From contig OX597817.1 of the NCBI GenBank assembly GCA_951406725.2, forward strand, positions 169,074,001 to 169,138,000: a stretch of 64,000 nucleotides of DNA, in the 5' to 3' direction. Positions within the stretch are counted from its first letter, which is position 1. Each line of letters begins with the position of its first letter. Below the pieces are notes generated by a model that worked only from the letters and a program-made list of their open reading frames with translations, was not told the origin of the DNA and did not search any database. Below are positions 1-12,120 of the stretch, in pieces. The position numbers and the translations under genes were made by a program. This DNA comes from Octopus vulgaris (lineage: Eukaryota).

Positions 1-587
1 AAAAGCACCATCCGATTGTGGCCATTGCCAGCCTTGTCTGGCCCCCATGCCGGTGACACGTAAAAAGCACCATCCAATCGTGGCCGTTGCCAGCCTCGTC
101 TGGCCCCCATGCCGGTAACACGTAAAAAGCACCATCCGATCATGGCTGTTTGCCAGCCTTGTCTGGCCCCCCATGCCGGTGACACGTAAAAAGCACCATC
201 CAATCGTGGCCGTTGCCAGCCTCGTCTGGCCCCCATGCCGGTAACACGTAAAAAGCACCATCCGATCATGGCTGTTTGCCAGCCTTGTCTGGCCCCCATG
301 CCGGTGACACGTAACAAGCACCATCCAATCGTGGCCGTTGCCAGCCTCGTCTGGCCCCCATGCCGGTAACACGTAAAAAGCACTATCCAATCGTGGCCGT
401 TTGCCAGCCTTGCCTGGCACGTAAAAAGCACCCATTACACTCACGGAATGGTTGGCGTTAGGAAGGGCATCCAGCCATAGAAACATTGCCAGATCAGACT
501 GGAGCCTGGTGCAGCCTCCTGGCTTCCCAGACCCCAGTTGAACCGTCCAACCCATGCTAGCATGGAAAGCAGATGCAAAATGATGAT
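1..587 (+). mobile_element. Repeat family B (RTE-like 3' end, (GAT)n tail) with internal ~62-bp tandem array
   Basis: aaaaagcaccatcc...gccggtgacacgt units followed by ggcgttaggaagggcatccagc...gctagcatggaaagc; multi-copy. Confidence 0.85.
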
Positions 588-1102
588 AAATTTATTAACT
601 GTTACCTTTAAATTAACCTGGTGTATTACACATACAAATTTCATTATTTCGGGGCCCACGTTTATTTGTTTATGCTGGTCAGTCTTCCAGTCATCAAGTA
701 AACCAATTCTCTATTTTACTTCTCAGACTTTTTTTTCTAATTTTCCTATTTTTGTTTTTATTTTGATAACCCCACACTTCCTCTTGGGGTTAAAAATGAT
801 GATAACGTCAGTTCCTACCGAACAGCCATGTTGAAGTGGTGATAAACCTTACTTCTCAGTACAGTTACTACATTCATCTCTTATAAAGATTTTCTAACGA
901 GCTACTTTGCTCTAATTCATTTATCTTACTTGGCTGTATTCTTCCTTTTCCCTTTTCTCCTCTCCACTTTTATCATGATTAAGTAAAGGAAAAACTAAAG
1001 CCAGCTATAAATTAATATGGTAAATAATTGGGTTCTTTTTTAGGGCGTCAGGAACTGCCTTTGAACTTGTCTCCGTAGGGTTAGATGTTTGCTTGGCACC
1101 TA

Positions 1103-1488
1103 CTCTTTTACTTGTTTCAGTCATTTTACTGCGGCCATGCTGGAGCACCGCCTTTTAATCGAGCCCGGGACTTATTCTTTTGTAAGCCCAGTACTTATTC
1201 TATCGGTCTCTTTTGCCGAACCGCTAAGTAACAGGGACATAAACACATCAGCATCGGTTGTCAAGCAATGCTAGGGGGACAAACATAGACACACAAACAC
1301 ACACACGCATATATATATGTACATATATACAACGGGCTTCTTTCAGTTTCCGTCTACCAAATCCACTCACAAGGCTTTGGTCGGCCCGAGGCTATAGTAG
1401 AAGACACTTGCCCAAGGTGCCACGCAGTGGGACTGAACCTGGAACCATGTGGTTGGTAAACAAGCTACTTACCACACAGCCACTCCCT
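1103..1488 (-). mobile_element. tRNA-derived SINE family A
   Basis: A/B-box head (tggctgtgtgg...ggttcagtccc), internal TA/CA microsatellite, tail gactgaaacaagtaaaagag; multi-copy in the window. Confidence 0.88.
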
Positions 1489-1860
1489 GTTATATTTGGA
1501 TAAGTTCTACCTCTATTGGCCTTTGTTAGAAGCAGTTGCTAAATTTAACGATTTCTGTAGATCTGAATACCTCTGTCTTTATATTTATAACCCTATTCCC
1601 CTCTTGATCAGCTTGTTGACACATCCACCTTAAATTTCTTAAAATGTTGGTATTCTTATTAGAAATTTCACTTGTTGAGACCACTTCATTTGTGAAGCTC
1701 CAAGGAAGCTATAAGGTAATGTACAAACACTCAACTATGAATGCATTGTATCTTGTAGCAGAAACAGCTGTAAGCTATTGAAGTTCAGTGCATAATTTCC
1801 TGTTCATTTGTCATTTATTTGTGCATGTGTATCTATATATCTATCTATATATCTATATAT

Positions 1861-2186
1861 CTTTTACTCTTTTACTTGTTTCAGTCATTTGACTGTGGAG
1901 CACCGCCATTAGGACTTATTCTTTGTAAGCCCAGTACTTATTCTATCAGTCTCTTTTGCTGAACTGCTAAGTTATGGGGGATGTAAACACACCAGCATCA
2001 GTTGTGAAGCGATGTTGGGGGGACAAACACAGACACACAAACATATATACATACATACACATATATACGACGGGCTTCTTTCAGTTTCCGTCTACCAAAC
2101 CCACTTACAAGGCTTTGGTCGGACCGAGGCTATAGTAGAAGACACCTGCTTAATGTGCCATGCAGCGGGACTGAAACTGGAACCAT
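1861..2186 (-). mobile_element. SINE family A (partial)
   Basis: Matches 1103-1488. Confidence 0.82.
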
Positions 2187-2819
2187 GTTTGTTTATATAA
2201 TGCGTTTCAGAGGCGAAGGGCATGGTATAAGCTACATAATATTTATACAGTGTTAAATGGGTAAAGATATTATAATAAAAACGTGTGAAATACAGCTATG
2301 ATTGCATCAAATGCTTTTACTATGTATCCTCGTTTTTATCAGCTTGATAAATAGGAAACTAAATTAATATTTTTGCCAGGAAACCCATGGTAGCTGTTTT
2401 TTTACAGGATATTTTTGTAGTTTTTATTATAATTATATATACATATATATACAGTCAAATGACTGAAACAAGTAGAAGAGTATGTGTGTGTGTGTGTGCA
2501 TTACTTTTAATTACAAAAAGGCCTTTGAAACAGATATGACTCTACTACCACCACCATTAACCCTTTAGTGTTTAAACTGGCCCTATCCGGCCAAAATATT
2601 CTACCTGTTTTATGTTGAAACTAGTCAGATATGGTCATTCAAAACCAAGCCAGACAAGACCATATGTGCCAGAGTCTTCGTAGCTTTGCTTTCTCTTAGA
2701 TGCATGTATACTTTTTCCTAAAGAGGATAAACATAATTGGTTACAAGAATGAGGAAAATATTAGAATATCATTATGCAGATATTAGATAATAGAATACAA
2801 ATAATTATAATAATATATT

Positions 2820-3090
2820 TTTTGGCTGTGTGGTACCAAATGATCCAACCACATACTGGTCTCAGACCCAGTGGCATCTTGGGCAAGTGGTCTTCTGTAT
2901 TCCAGTTGACTCTCCTTGTGAGTGGATGTTGAAGACGGAACAGACAAGCCCGTCGTATATCTGTGTCTATATAAAAAGATATTGTGTGTGTGTGTGTGTC
3001 TGTGTTTGCCAACATCGCTTGACAACCGGTGCTGGTGTGTTTATTTCTCCGTCACTTAGCGGTTCGGCAAAATAGACCGATAGAATAAGA
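2820..3090 (+). mobile_element. SINE family A (partial, degenerate)
   Basis: Reverse-complement match to family A. Confidence 0.72.
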
Positions 3091-3330
3091 GGTGCACTAC
3101 AACTCATCTAAAGTGCATATATAATCAGGTGTAGTAATCCTGAAAGCCAAATACAAATTCCACTGGACATGTCAGAAGGCTTGCAGACAACAGGTGGATC
3201 CACAAAGTTGCTGAAATAGTATCTAAGAGACAAGATTTAGAGGTCAAGATGGAAAATGACACAATCAAGACAGAATCAGAGGCACATTGTGACCAGCGGT
3301 GTACAATAGCATCTGATGGTCAGGTTGATG

Positions 3331-3367
<37 letters not shown>

Positions 3368-3474
3368 ATGTGTGTAGGTTATATTTAAAATTAGTTTAGA
3401 TAGGAGACTTTAAAATGTAGTATCCAAACCTTGTTTTGGGTATGTCCCTAGTAGTGTGTCTTGAGAGCAAGTTA

Positions 3475-3590
3475 TTACATACATATATATGTATATATAT
3501 ACACATACATATATATATATATATACACATACATATATATATATATATACACATACATATATATATATATATACACATACACATACACAT
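3475..3590. repeat. Compound (TA)n/(CATA)n microsatellite, one of many in the window
   Basis: Visible directly. Confidence 0.9.
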
Positions 3591-4099
3591 TCTTTATATT
3601 ATTAATTTTCTCTATATACAATTTTATATTTTAGTACTAATCTATATATGTATATATATATATGTGTGTATATGTTTGTTGTTTTATTCTTTTACAAATC
3701 TTTTATCCCCTTCTATTAAATATATATAATATTCAGAATATCTTATTCTCACGATGTACATAGTCTGACTGAAACTAGAGAAATATACATACATATATGT
3801 ACATCTATACATGTATATATATACATATATTTACAGGACACCATCCCACAATACCTATGCCAATGGACACTTACCTGATACAGGACATACCGGAAAATTC
3901 CCTTCTTCAGCTCTGTTTGTCTATCCTGTTATGTTTTCCTATGTTTTGTTTTTGTTTTCGTTTCTCATTGTGTTCACGTTTTTTTGGTGTCTGTACCCAT
4001 ATATGCATGTATATATACATATAGATGTAGGTAGTACATATATGTATGTATATTTATCTTTATTGTTTCAGTATTTATATGTTCTGCGCAACGCAGCAG

Positions 4100-6833
4100 C
4101 TGAGCAAGAGTCTTTTTTATGCATGGCGGAAAGAATTGTCCGGCAGCTAACTTGGCTACACCAAACACAGAGAAGGAACCCTGCCCACCACTATGCAAGG
4201 CCATCACAGTCAACAGACACGGGATGGCCTCCCCTAACGCCTGCACAGCCGTCACCCCAATACTTTTACTAAATATTGGGGGCCCGTTGCATCAAAATAG
4301 AAACAAAATTTCTTTCCTGAGAATCTTACTGCATGCAATCAAGCCCTATGCATAGCACTTGTGGAAACTCACCTCAACCTTGATATAGAGAACGCAGAAG
4401 TACACATACCAAACTATGCCATACTGCGAACAGACAGAAGGGAAAGGAGCCATGGTGGAGTTGCTGTATACATCCGAGATGACCTCACACCCCAGGTCTT
4501 GATGACATACTCAAATTCGGTATGTGACACCTTAATTGTATACATAAGACAACATGATATAGTCATATGCAATACATATTGCCCACTGGATGCCCCAAAT
4601 CACATAGGCAAGTTTGAAGATTGCCTCACAAGAATTAAAGAAATCCTCATGAATCTGGAACACCACGTGACCATATTTCTTAAGGGTGATTTCAACTTCC
4701 CCAACGTCAAATGGCCCGAAGGTCACTCTCAGGAATGAATCATTGCAAGCAAGTACAGGTGGAGTCCCTGCTCAACCTCACCAATGTCTCAAAAAGTCTT
4801 CATGTGAACGTGACCTGGGTGTTATTGTTGACAGTGATTTGCGCTGGACAAAACACATCGCTAAAATTGTCAAGAAGGCTGAGGGTGTCTTGGCATCACT
4901 CACCAAATCCTTTGTGAGCCGCTCTCCGGCTATCTATCTGCGGCTTTATAAAGCATGGTAAGACCTCACCTGGAATTTGCATCACTGGTCTGGAACCCCT
5001 ATCTTGCCCAGGATATCAATCGTCTGGAAGCTGTTCAGCGACGTGCAACCAAAAGAATACCCTCCATCAGGCAATTGCCATATCCTGAACGCCTTACTTC
5101 CCTTGGCATGGACACATTGAAACTCCGACGTCTGGCAGCTGACTTGGCAGACACCCATAAAATTATCAACCATCATACAAACAATAACTCTGAGCACCTT
5201 TTCAAACTCCACCCATCTAACACCCGTGGACATATTTACAAAGTCAGAAAACAACACAGCTCCATGACTTCAGGAAACATTTTTTCACGCTGAGAGTTGC
5301 TGAAGCATGGAACAAACTGCCGGCATCAGTTGTTAGTTGTCGGAGCACTGCATCCTTCAAAACTTCCATGCTTTCTGAGATTTGCCAACACTACACCTGA
5401 TTTTCAGGCATGTGACTCATACATTGTTCGCTTTCCAGACATTTTTACATTACTGCATGTACTCTATACGCACTTTCTGACAAGTTGTGGTGCACCTGAA
5501 CACTGTATACAATCATTTCATTATTATTATATAATGCCTTATTCATGGAGCAAGTTGTACTCAAGCCAACTAGGGCGAATAACATTCTGGATCTCTGCTT
5601 CACGAACAATATAGACATCATTCATGATGTGAAAGTGACACCGACATCAGTTTCGGATCACAACATAATAGAGCTGTCTATGTTTGGGCCGAAAGTAACC
5701 AGAGACATACAGCCTAAAGGAAGCACTCGAAATCTCTCCAATCTGAACTTCCACAAAGCAGATTGGAAATCGATCCAAAAAGAGATCCTCAGAGAGGACT
5801 GGCCGGAATGTCTCTCCACACCAGACATTGACATGAAACTAGAATGTTTCATGTCTTCTGTCCAAGCCGTATGCCAGAAATATATCCCAGAGCACAAGGC
5901 CAAAACAAATAGGAGCAAGATTCCAAGAGACAGGAAGATCCTCATGAGACGACGGACGAAGGTTGCAAATCGTCTCAACCAACATCCCAAAAAGTAGCGA
6001 AACGTCCCGCCTAAAGACAACACTGATGGAGATCGAAAAAAGGCTGCAACAATCCTATGTGAAGGAGAAAGCAGACAAAGAAGCCTAAGTTATAAAAAAC
6101 ATTAAATCAAACCCAAAGGCCTTCTTTCATTACGCGAAAGAAACAGTCTCAGTGCACTACAAGATAGGATCCCTCCTCCAAAGGATGGCTCCCTCACAGA
6201 CAGTCCAACTATGATCAGTGAGATGCTGAATGACCAGTTCAAAAGTGTCTTTATCACCCCGTTGGAACACAGACAAGTGAATGAACCAGTGGACTTCTTT
6301 GCTGCCTCACCAGCGAGGTGGTTACTATAGAATGTATTGACATTAGCAAAAAAGATGTCCTACTAGCCATAGATGAAGTGGACACAAACTCAGCTGCTGG
6401 TCCAGATGGTTTCCCAGCCATCCTCCTCAAAGCGTGTAAGCATGCCCTGGCAAAACCCCTCAAGATTCTCTTCCAGAGCTTTCTTGCAAATGGCAAACTG
6501 CCAAGCAAGCTGAAGGACGGAATAATATGCGCAATACATAAAGGGGGAAGTAGAGCAGATGCCAAAAACTATAGGCCTATCTCTCTGACTTCACACATCA
6601 GCAAAGTCATGGAACGGATAGTCAGAAACTAATCGCATTCCTTGAGGAAAATAACTTGCTGAGTGATACCCAGCATGGTTTTTGACCAGGTAGGAGCTGC
6701 CTGACCCAGCTCTTACAGCATTATGACTGGGTGTTGAGGCAGTTACTCAACAAATCAAATGTGGACGTAATCTACCTTGATTTTGCAAAAGCTTTTGACA
6801 AGGTGGATCATGGTATGATATGCCACAAACTAC
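4100..6833 (+). mobile_element. Degenerate CR1/L2-group LINE (APE endonuclease and RT), interrupted by a nested LINE and truncated by the gap
   Basis: ETHL...RTDR..GGVAVY, GDFNFP, PTRANNILDL, AAGPDGFP, NYRPISLTSHISKVMER, QHGF, YLDFAKAFDKVDH; stops and frameshifts. Confidence 0.93.
4787..5532 (+). mobile_element. 5'-truncated CR1-type LINE 3' end nested in the older LINE
   Basis: ERDLGVIVDSDL...VRPHLEFASLVWNP...LEAVQRRATK, NTRGH; (TTA)n tail; AATG duplicated at 4783-4786 and 5533-5536. Confidence 0.9.
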
Positions 6834-6933
6834 NNNNNNNNNNNNNNNNNNNNNNNNNNNNNNNNNNNNNNNNNNNNNNNNNNNNNNNNNNNNNNNNNNN
6901 NNNNNNNNNNNNNNNNNNNNNNNNNNNNNNNNN
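6834..6933. other. Assembly gap (100 N)
   Basis: Run of N. Confidence 0.99.
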
Positions 6934-7130
6934 ATATATACATATATACACATACATATATATATACACACACACACATATATATATGTACACACATACA
7001 TATATATCTATATATATATATACACATACATGTATATGCTATCATTTCTGTATGGTTAAGAATTTTTCTTTGTAACCTTGTGGTTCCAGGTTCAGTCCTA
7101 CTGTGCAGCACAATGAGCAAGTGTCTTCTT

Positions 7131-7532
7131 CCATCAGACACCTACCATATTCTGAGCGCCTTGTTTCCCTGGGCATGGATTCACTGAAGCTCCGGCGTCT
7201 GACTTGGTAAACACCCACAAAGTTGTCAACCACCTCACCAACAACAACACTGAACACCTTTTTGATCTCCATGTGTCTAACACACGTGGACATGCCTACA
7301 AAGTCAGAAAACAACACAGCTCCCATGACTTTCGGAAACATTTCTTCACGCTCAGAGTTGCTGAAGCATGGAATAAACTGCATGCGTCAGTTGTTGACTG
7401 CCATGACACTGCATCCTTTAAGGCCCTCATGCTTTCTGAAATCTGCCGAAACTACACCTGGTTATATATACACTTTAGATGAGTTGTAGTGCACCTGAGC
7501 ACTGTACACAATGTTTATTATTATATTATTAT
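7131..7532 (+). mobile_element. CR1-type LINE 3' fragment
   Basis: Same family as 4787-5532; near-identical to 32427-32840; SNTRGHAYKVRKQH; (TTA)n tail. Confidence 0.88.
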
Positions 7533-7960
7533 TTACACAACTGATGCCTTATGAGTGTAGTTAGTAGATAAAAACTGTTCAAAGTCTATTTTGTGTGTGT
7601 GTGTATGTGTGCAGGCGCTTGTGTGTCTGTCAGCATGTTTACATCCTGTCATTGCCAGCTTCCATTGGTGTTCGTTATGATTCCTCAGTCAACAGGTTGT
7701 CCTGTAAATCTGCATTTTCAACGTCAAGTACAATGAGAAAATTCCCTGCTCGAATGGGCCTTGGTACCCAAATCCAGGAACAGCATCTAGTTGCAAAACA
7801 ATGCTTCAACAATCTGCACTCATCAAATACATGCTAGCATAGGAAAATAGACATAAAAACCAAAATGTGTGTGTGTGTGTATATATAATCATATGCGAGC
7901 ATAAAATATCCCTTACTGTGGGCAGTGATTGGCCCTTAATATATATATATATATATATAT

Positions 7961-8236
7961 AAAACCAAAAAATAAGCAACAAGAATGGATCTGGTAATTT
8001 AGTACAATTGTTTCATACTATAACAATTTATTAAAGCTGCAAATATTACAGCAAATATATTTGCAGCTTTAATAAATTGTTATAGTATGAAACAATTGTA
8101 CTAAATTACCGGATCCATTCTTGTTGCTTATTTTTGGTTAAATTCACCCCACATATTTTTATGGGTAATACCATAAAAAATTCTGGTGCATCTAAATTAA
8201 GTACCATATTCATTTGAATCTAAATTGTTTTGCTGA

Positions 8237-8240
<4 letters not shown>
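7961..8240. mobile_element. Penelope-like terminal-repeat relic forming an ~83-bp inverted repeat inside (TA)n
   Basis: Arms 7963-8046 and 8057-8139 differ by one mismatch and one indel; each carries GAAA-caattg-TA (hammerhead 3' half). Confidence 0.65.
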
Positions 8241-8271
<31 letters not shown>

Positions 8272-8293
8272 TAATAACAGTTTGATTTGGTTT

Positions 8294-8347
8294 CATGCAG
8301 CTTCAAGTTTTGAAGGCTTGTGAAATGACCCTAATTCTTCAGGCATG
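8294..8347 (-). ncRNA. Minimal type I hammerhead ribozyme relic
   Basis: catgc-CTGAAGA-(24 nt)-AAAA-ctt g aag-CT-gcatg; two core changes. Confidence 0.45.
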
Positions 8348-8634
8348 TAGAACTGAATTAAGAGGGGACAAAGATGGCTCTGGGTATTGAGCTGCTGCTG
8401 GTCAGAACAGGTCACATGGCAATATATATATACATGACATAATGTTAATATTCCAGGCAAGTCAAGGTATATGGAAAAAATATTAAGAAGAAATATGTTT
8501 TTCCTTCTATATTGCAGTTGATTCCAAAGTATATTATTACAGCCAAAGCTCATAATTACAAAAATACATCAATGTACATAATTTTTGTAATTAATTCATT
8601 ACAATATAAAAGGGAAAATGCATTTTATATTTCC

Positions 8635-8676
<42 letters not shown>

Positions 8677-8689
8677 CATTAAATTAGAG

Positions 8690-8985
8690 ATAAAACCACT
8701 ATTAGGCAAATCATACAATGAAAAACTTAAGCCAATACATAAGATTATTTAATTTATATTATTTAAATATATAACAAAATTATAAAAAAAATATAATTAA
8801 TATAACACTACGATCGTTTCATGGCTGTTAATTTCTTTAAATTTTCGAGTTACAGTCATTCATCGTAGTGTTATATTAATTATATTTTTAAATAATTTTG
8901 TTATATATTTAAATAATATAAATTAAACAATCTTATGTATTGGCTTAAGTTTTTCATTGTATGTTTTGCCTAATAGTGGTTTTAT
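8690..8985. mobile_element. Penelope-like terminal-repeat relic forming an ~125-bp inverted repeat inside (TA)n
   Basis: Arms 8690-8814 and 8862-8985; hammerhead-like motif across the spacer. Confidence 0.68.
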
Positions 8986-8999
8986 ATATATACACACAC

Positions 9000-11251
9000 A
9001 CAGTTGTATGATGATGAAATCTCTTTGCGTAACATAGAATTAAAAAAAGAAACCAAAAGAAAAAAAAAAAGGAAATGTTCCTTACTGAATAATTTAATAC
9101 AATTTTGATCTTATCAGTGAGGAATGGTAGCTTCAGTACAAGGGCAGCTGTAATGAAGCCAGCACTAAAGGGAAGCACAGCCAGCATATAACAGCTTACC
9201 CCTTCACTTTGTTTCATAGCCGACCTACATACAGAGTTCTTCTTGGTAGTGCTGAGGCTACCTGGTAGTAGCAGTTCACAACACTCATACAGAACATAGT
9301 CTGCAGTCTCTCTCTCTCGCTCTCTGTCACTCTCTCTTTCTCTCTCTACACACGCACATTGATATTACACACAGACACAATGTATTTAGAGAGGGAGTGA
9401 AGAATGGCTAGATATAGTGTTGGTGAAATCCTTATAAATATTGATCACTCGACTGAGTGATATCAACAATGTTAGCAGTGAGATATTTCAGACATAGCTA
9501 GAGCTCAACTGAAACAAGAGTGATGGTGGTATTACTAGGAGTGTGACAATTATCAATAGTAATATTAGTAGTAGTAGTCATCACATGGTGTGGGATGATT
9601 TACAAAGATTAATAATAATCAGCAGTGATCATGAGGTTAGGGCTTCCCCCCTTCTGCTGGTTACTAAAACTAATACTTTGTCACAAATAACTTTCAATAG
9701 TAAATTCTGTGTTGAAGTGTGACATGCTAAAAAAAACGGACCAAAATAACTATGTATCGACGAAATGTTGACTATAAAGCTTCACTGACAGCAATACATG
9801 CCAGAGGGTAGAGCAGAGACATCCAATCCAGCAATGACCCTCAATTAGCAACACAACTGGATATGTATTGCCACAGTAGACAATGCACAACTATTCAAGC
9901 TGGCCAGAACCAGGAAACCTTCCAATTGTCATTTCAAAACAATGTGAAACTATGTAGTTTAACATTGTTTACACAATATAAAATCAACAAAAATGTTTCT
10001 TTTTTATCAAAAATTACATAAAAGCAACAACAAAAGAGAGAACCTGAGTAAAAAGTGTGAGTAGTGTGTTTCGTCAGAGTGACCAAGGAATTCTTGACCA
10101 TTGGATATATGCCGAATCTCACACTAATGCAAGCCAGATTAAATTTTACTGGCTCCAACACATTACATACATGCAATGGAAGGAAGTACTGCTGTGTTTG
10201 AAGCCTGGGAGGTTTTATTTTTTGGGTTTTTTTTTTTTTTACCCCTCCCGATAAACAAGGGACACAACCCAGTGTGTTAGAAAATATAAACCTACCACCA
10301 CGGGTCGAAGTCAAAAAGCTGACACACTAAAGACCATGAAAACAGTTGTGTGAATAGAGATAATCATTATCAAGTTAAAAACAGGTATGGTGGCTGCTGG
10401 ATAGTAAAGATAGACAGAAAAGTGGGTGGGGGGGGGGGTGTTACTCTTCAAAAAAAAGCTATCTAGAAGAAATGAGTAATGTTCAAACTGAACCAGAAAT
10501 CTTCAGACATACAGACACACCACACACATACACACACACAATAAACTGTAAAGCCAACCTAGACAATAGCATGCTGTGGCATGATTACATATATAATATG
10601 CACTGCTTACACAACATAATGGCCTCAACTGCAGCATTTGTTATAGAATTACAAAATGGTTTTAGGGTGGGGGGTCATGTCTAGGTGTGAAGAGACCAAC
10701 AAGTAGGAGGTAATGAATGAAGCTGACCCCTGAGAATAAGAGCCAAAAGTTCACTATACGTTCTTGAACCGTATGCAAGCAGCATGGAAAGTCTCTTGTG
10801 TAACCCTAGTGGACGGTTAGCAAAAAAGATAGGGCTGTCTTGGACAGAGCAGTGTTTGTGAGGTACAAGCCTTATTGCAGGGTTTGCAAGAGATGAAAAG
10901 GGTTACTTCTAAAGGTTCCAACCACACTAGAGTAACAAAAGATCTGTCACAGACTAGGACAGGTCTTTGAAGAGAAAGAGAAATAGAATAGGAAAAGTTG
11001 AGATAGTTAGAGGCTGGTAGCTAGAAGTTTTTAAAACAAAAGACATCGTTGTATGCACCCTGTGCTCTGTTCACAGTCTGGGTCAGTCTCACTTCTTTGC
11101 TTCAGTTTTCACGATAGCTTCCCCTGCTGCACTGCAGCTGGCTATCTCCTGCGGTTCTTTGGCCTTCTTCATCTCGTAGCTCTTTGTAGACCAACAAAGC
11201 AGAATCGAGGAGTTGAGAAGTGGACATGTAGTTACACTGCAAGTATTCCAG
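9000..11251 (-). other. Probable ING3 3' UTR (end not determinable)
   Basis: About 2.2 kb free of recognisable interspersed repeats after the stop; an AATAAA on the minus strand near 10214. Confidence 0.4.
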
Positions 11252-11362
11252 TCACCTCCTGCCTCTGCGCTTCATTGCCAGTGTACATTGTTGACAGAAC
11301 CATTTACCTTTCGGAGCTTGAGTAAGTCCTACACAACCATAATGGAACCACTCCATTGGACA
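11252..11362 (-). CDS. ING3: ING3 last coding exon (CPMEWFHYGCVGLTQAPKGKWFCQQCTLAMKRRGRR*)
   Basis: ttttttcag|TGT...AGG TGA; second half of the PHD finger plus a basic tail. Confidence 0.96.
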   Translation of the reverse strand, partial: CPMEWFHYGCVGLTQAPKGKWFCQQCTLAMKRRGRR

Positions 11363-11892
11363 CTGAAAAAAAAACAAAAACAAAACATAAGGATATGGTC
11401 AGTGAAAGTAGTGAGATGATGATGGTTGACAGACACGGGTAGTTATGGTGGTGTAAGGATACAGACAGACAAGAGATGGTCCTTTATAGTTGAGTGGAAG
11501 GTGGTATTGTGAAGATATGGACAAGCAGAGACTTAGTCGTTTGCAGTGGTGGGGAGATATCCTCCGAGGGGTAGAATTTTCAGTTGTGATGGTGTTGGTC
11601 GTCGTTATGAGGGTGTCATGATATGGACAAAAGAGTTTCAGTTGTCGATATGTAGCCCCAAATCAGCTGAATGACAAGGCCCATCCCATAGATCCACCGT
11701 TTCAGTAATACTATATCAGTGTATAGCCGAGGACCATCCTGACAGTCTGGACTGGTCACACTTTTTCCACTGTCCAGTCTAGTGGTTCTTAACTGGGGTC
11801 CAATACAAGATTTTGCTGTTAAATTTTATGCTCAATAAATCGGTTATACTTCTACAATGCAAGAAATATTTTAACAATCAATAAGGTTTCTT

Positions 11893-12120
11893 TTAACCCT
11901 TTCGTTACTGTATTTATTTTGAGATCTTCTGTGTTTCTTTCAGTTATTTTAAATATAACAAAGAATTTAGTAAAACAACTTCGTTATCGTTAAGCTAGTG
12001 TTAGGAACGTAAATTGTGACTAAGGTTTGGTGAAATATTTTAATTCAAAACTTATGGAAACAAGACATTTTACCACAGAGCCAAAGCCGGTTTTGGCCGG
12101 GTTGGTAACAAAAGGGTTAA
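11893..12120. mobile_element. piggyBac-type MITE family 1
   Basis: TTAA|ccctttcgttac ... gtaacaaaaggg|TTAA; inverted copy at 22921-23137. Confidence 0.8.

Noticed and set aside
1089-2200. Recurrent short ORFs (MLGGQTQTH..., ...[10 protein letters not shown]...)
   Set aside because: Translations of SINE family A, not genes.
3745-3783. Hammerhead-like ttctc...agtctgact GAAA ctagagaa
   Set aside because: First box too divergent and no stem III.
6731-7141. ORFs spanning the N run
   Set aside because: Artefacts of the assembly gap; continuity across it is unverified.
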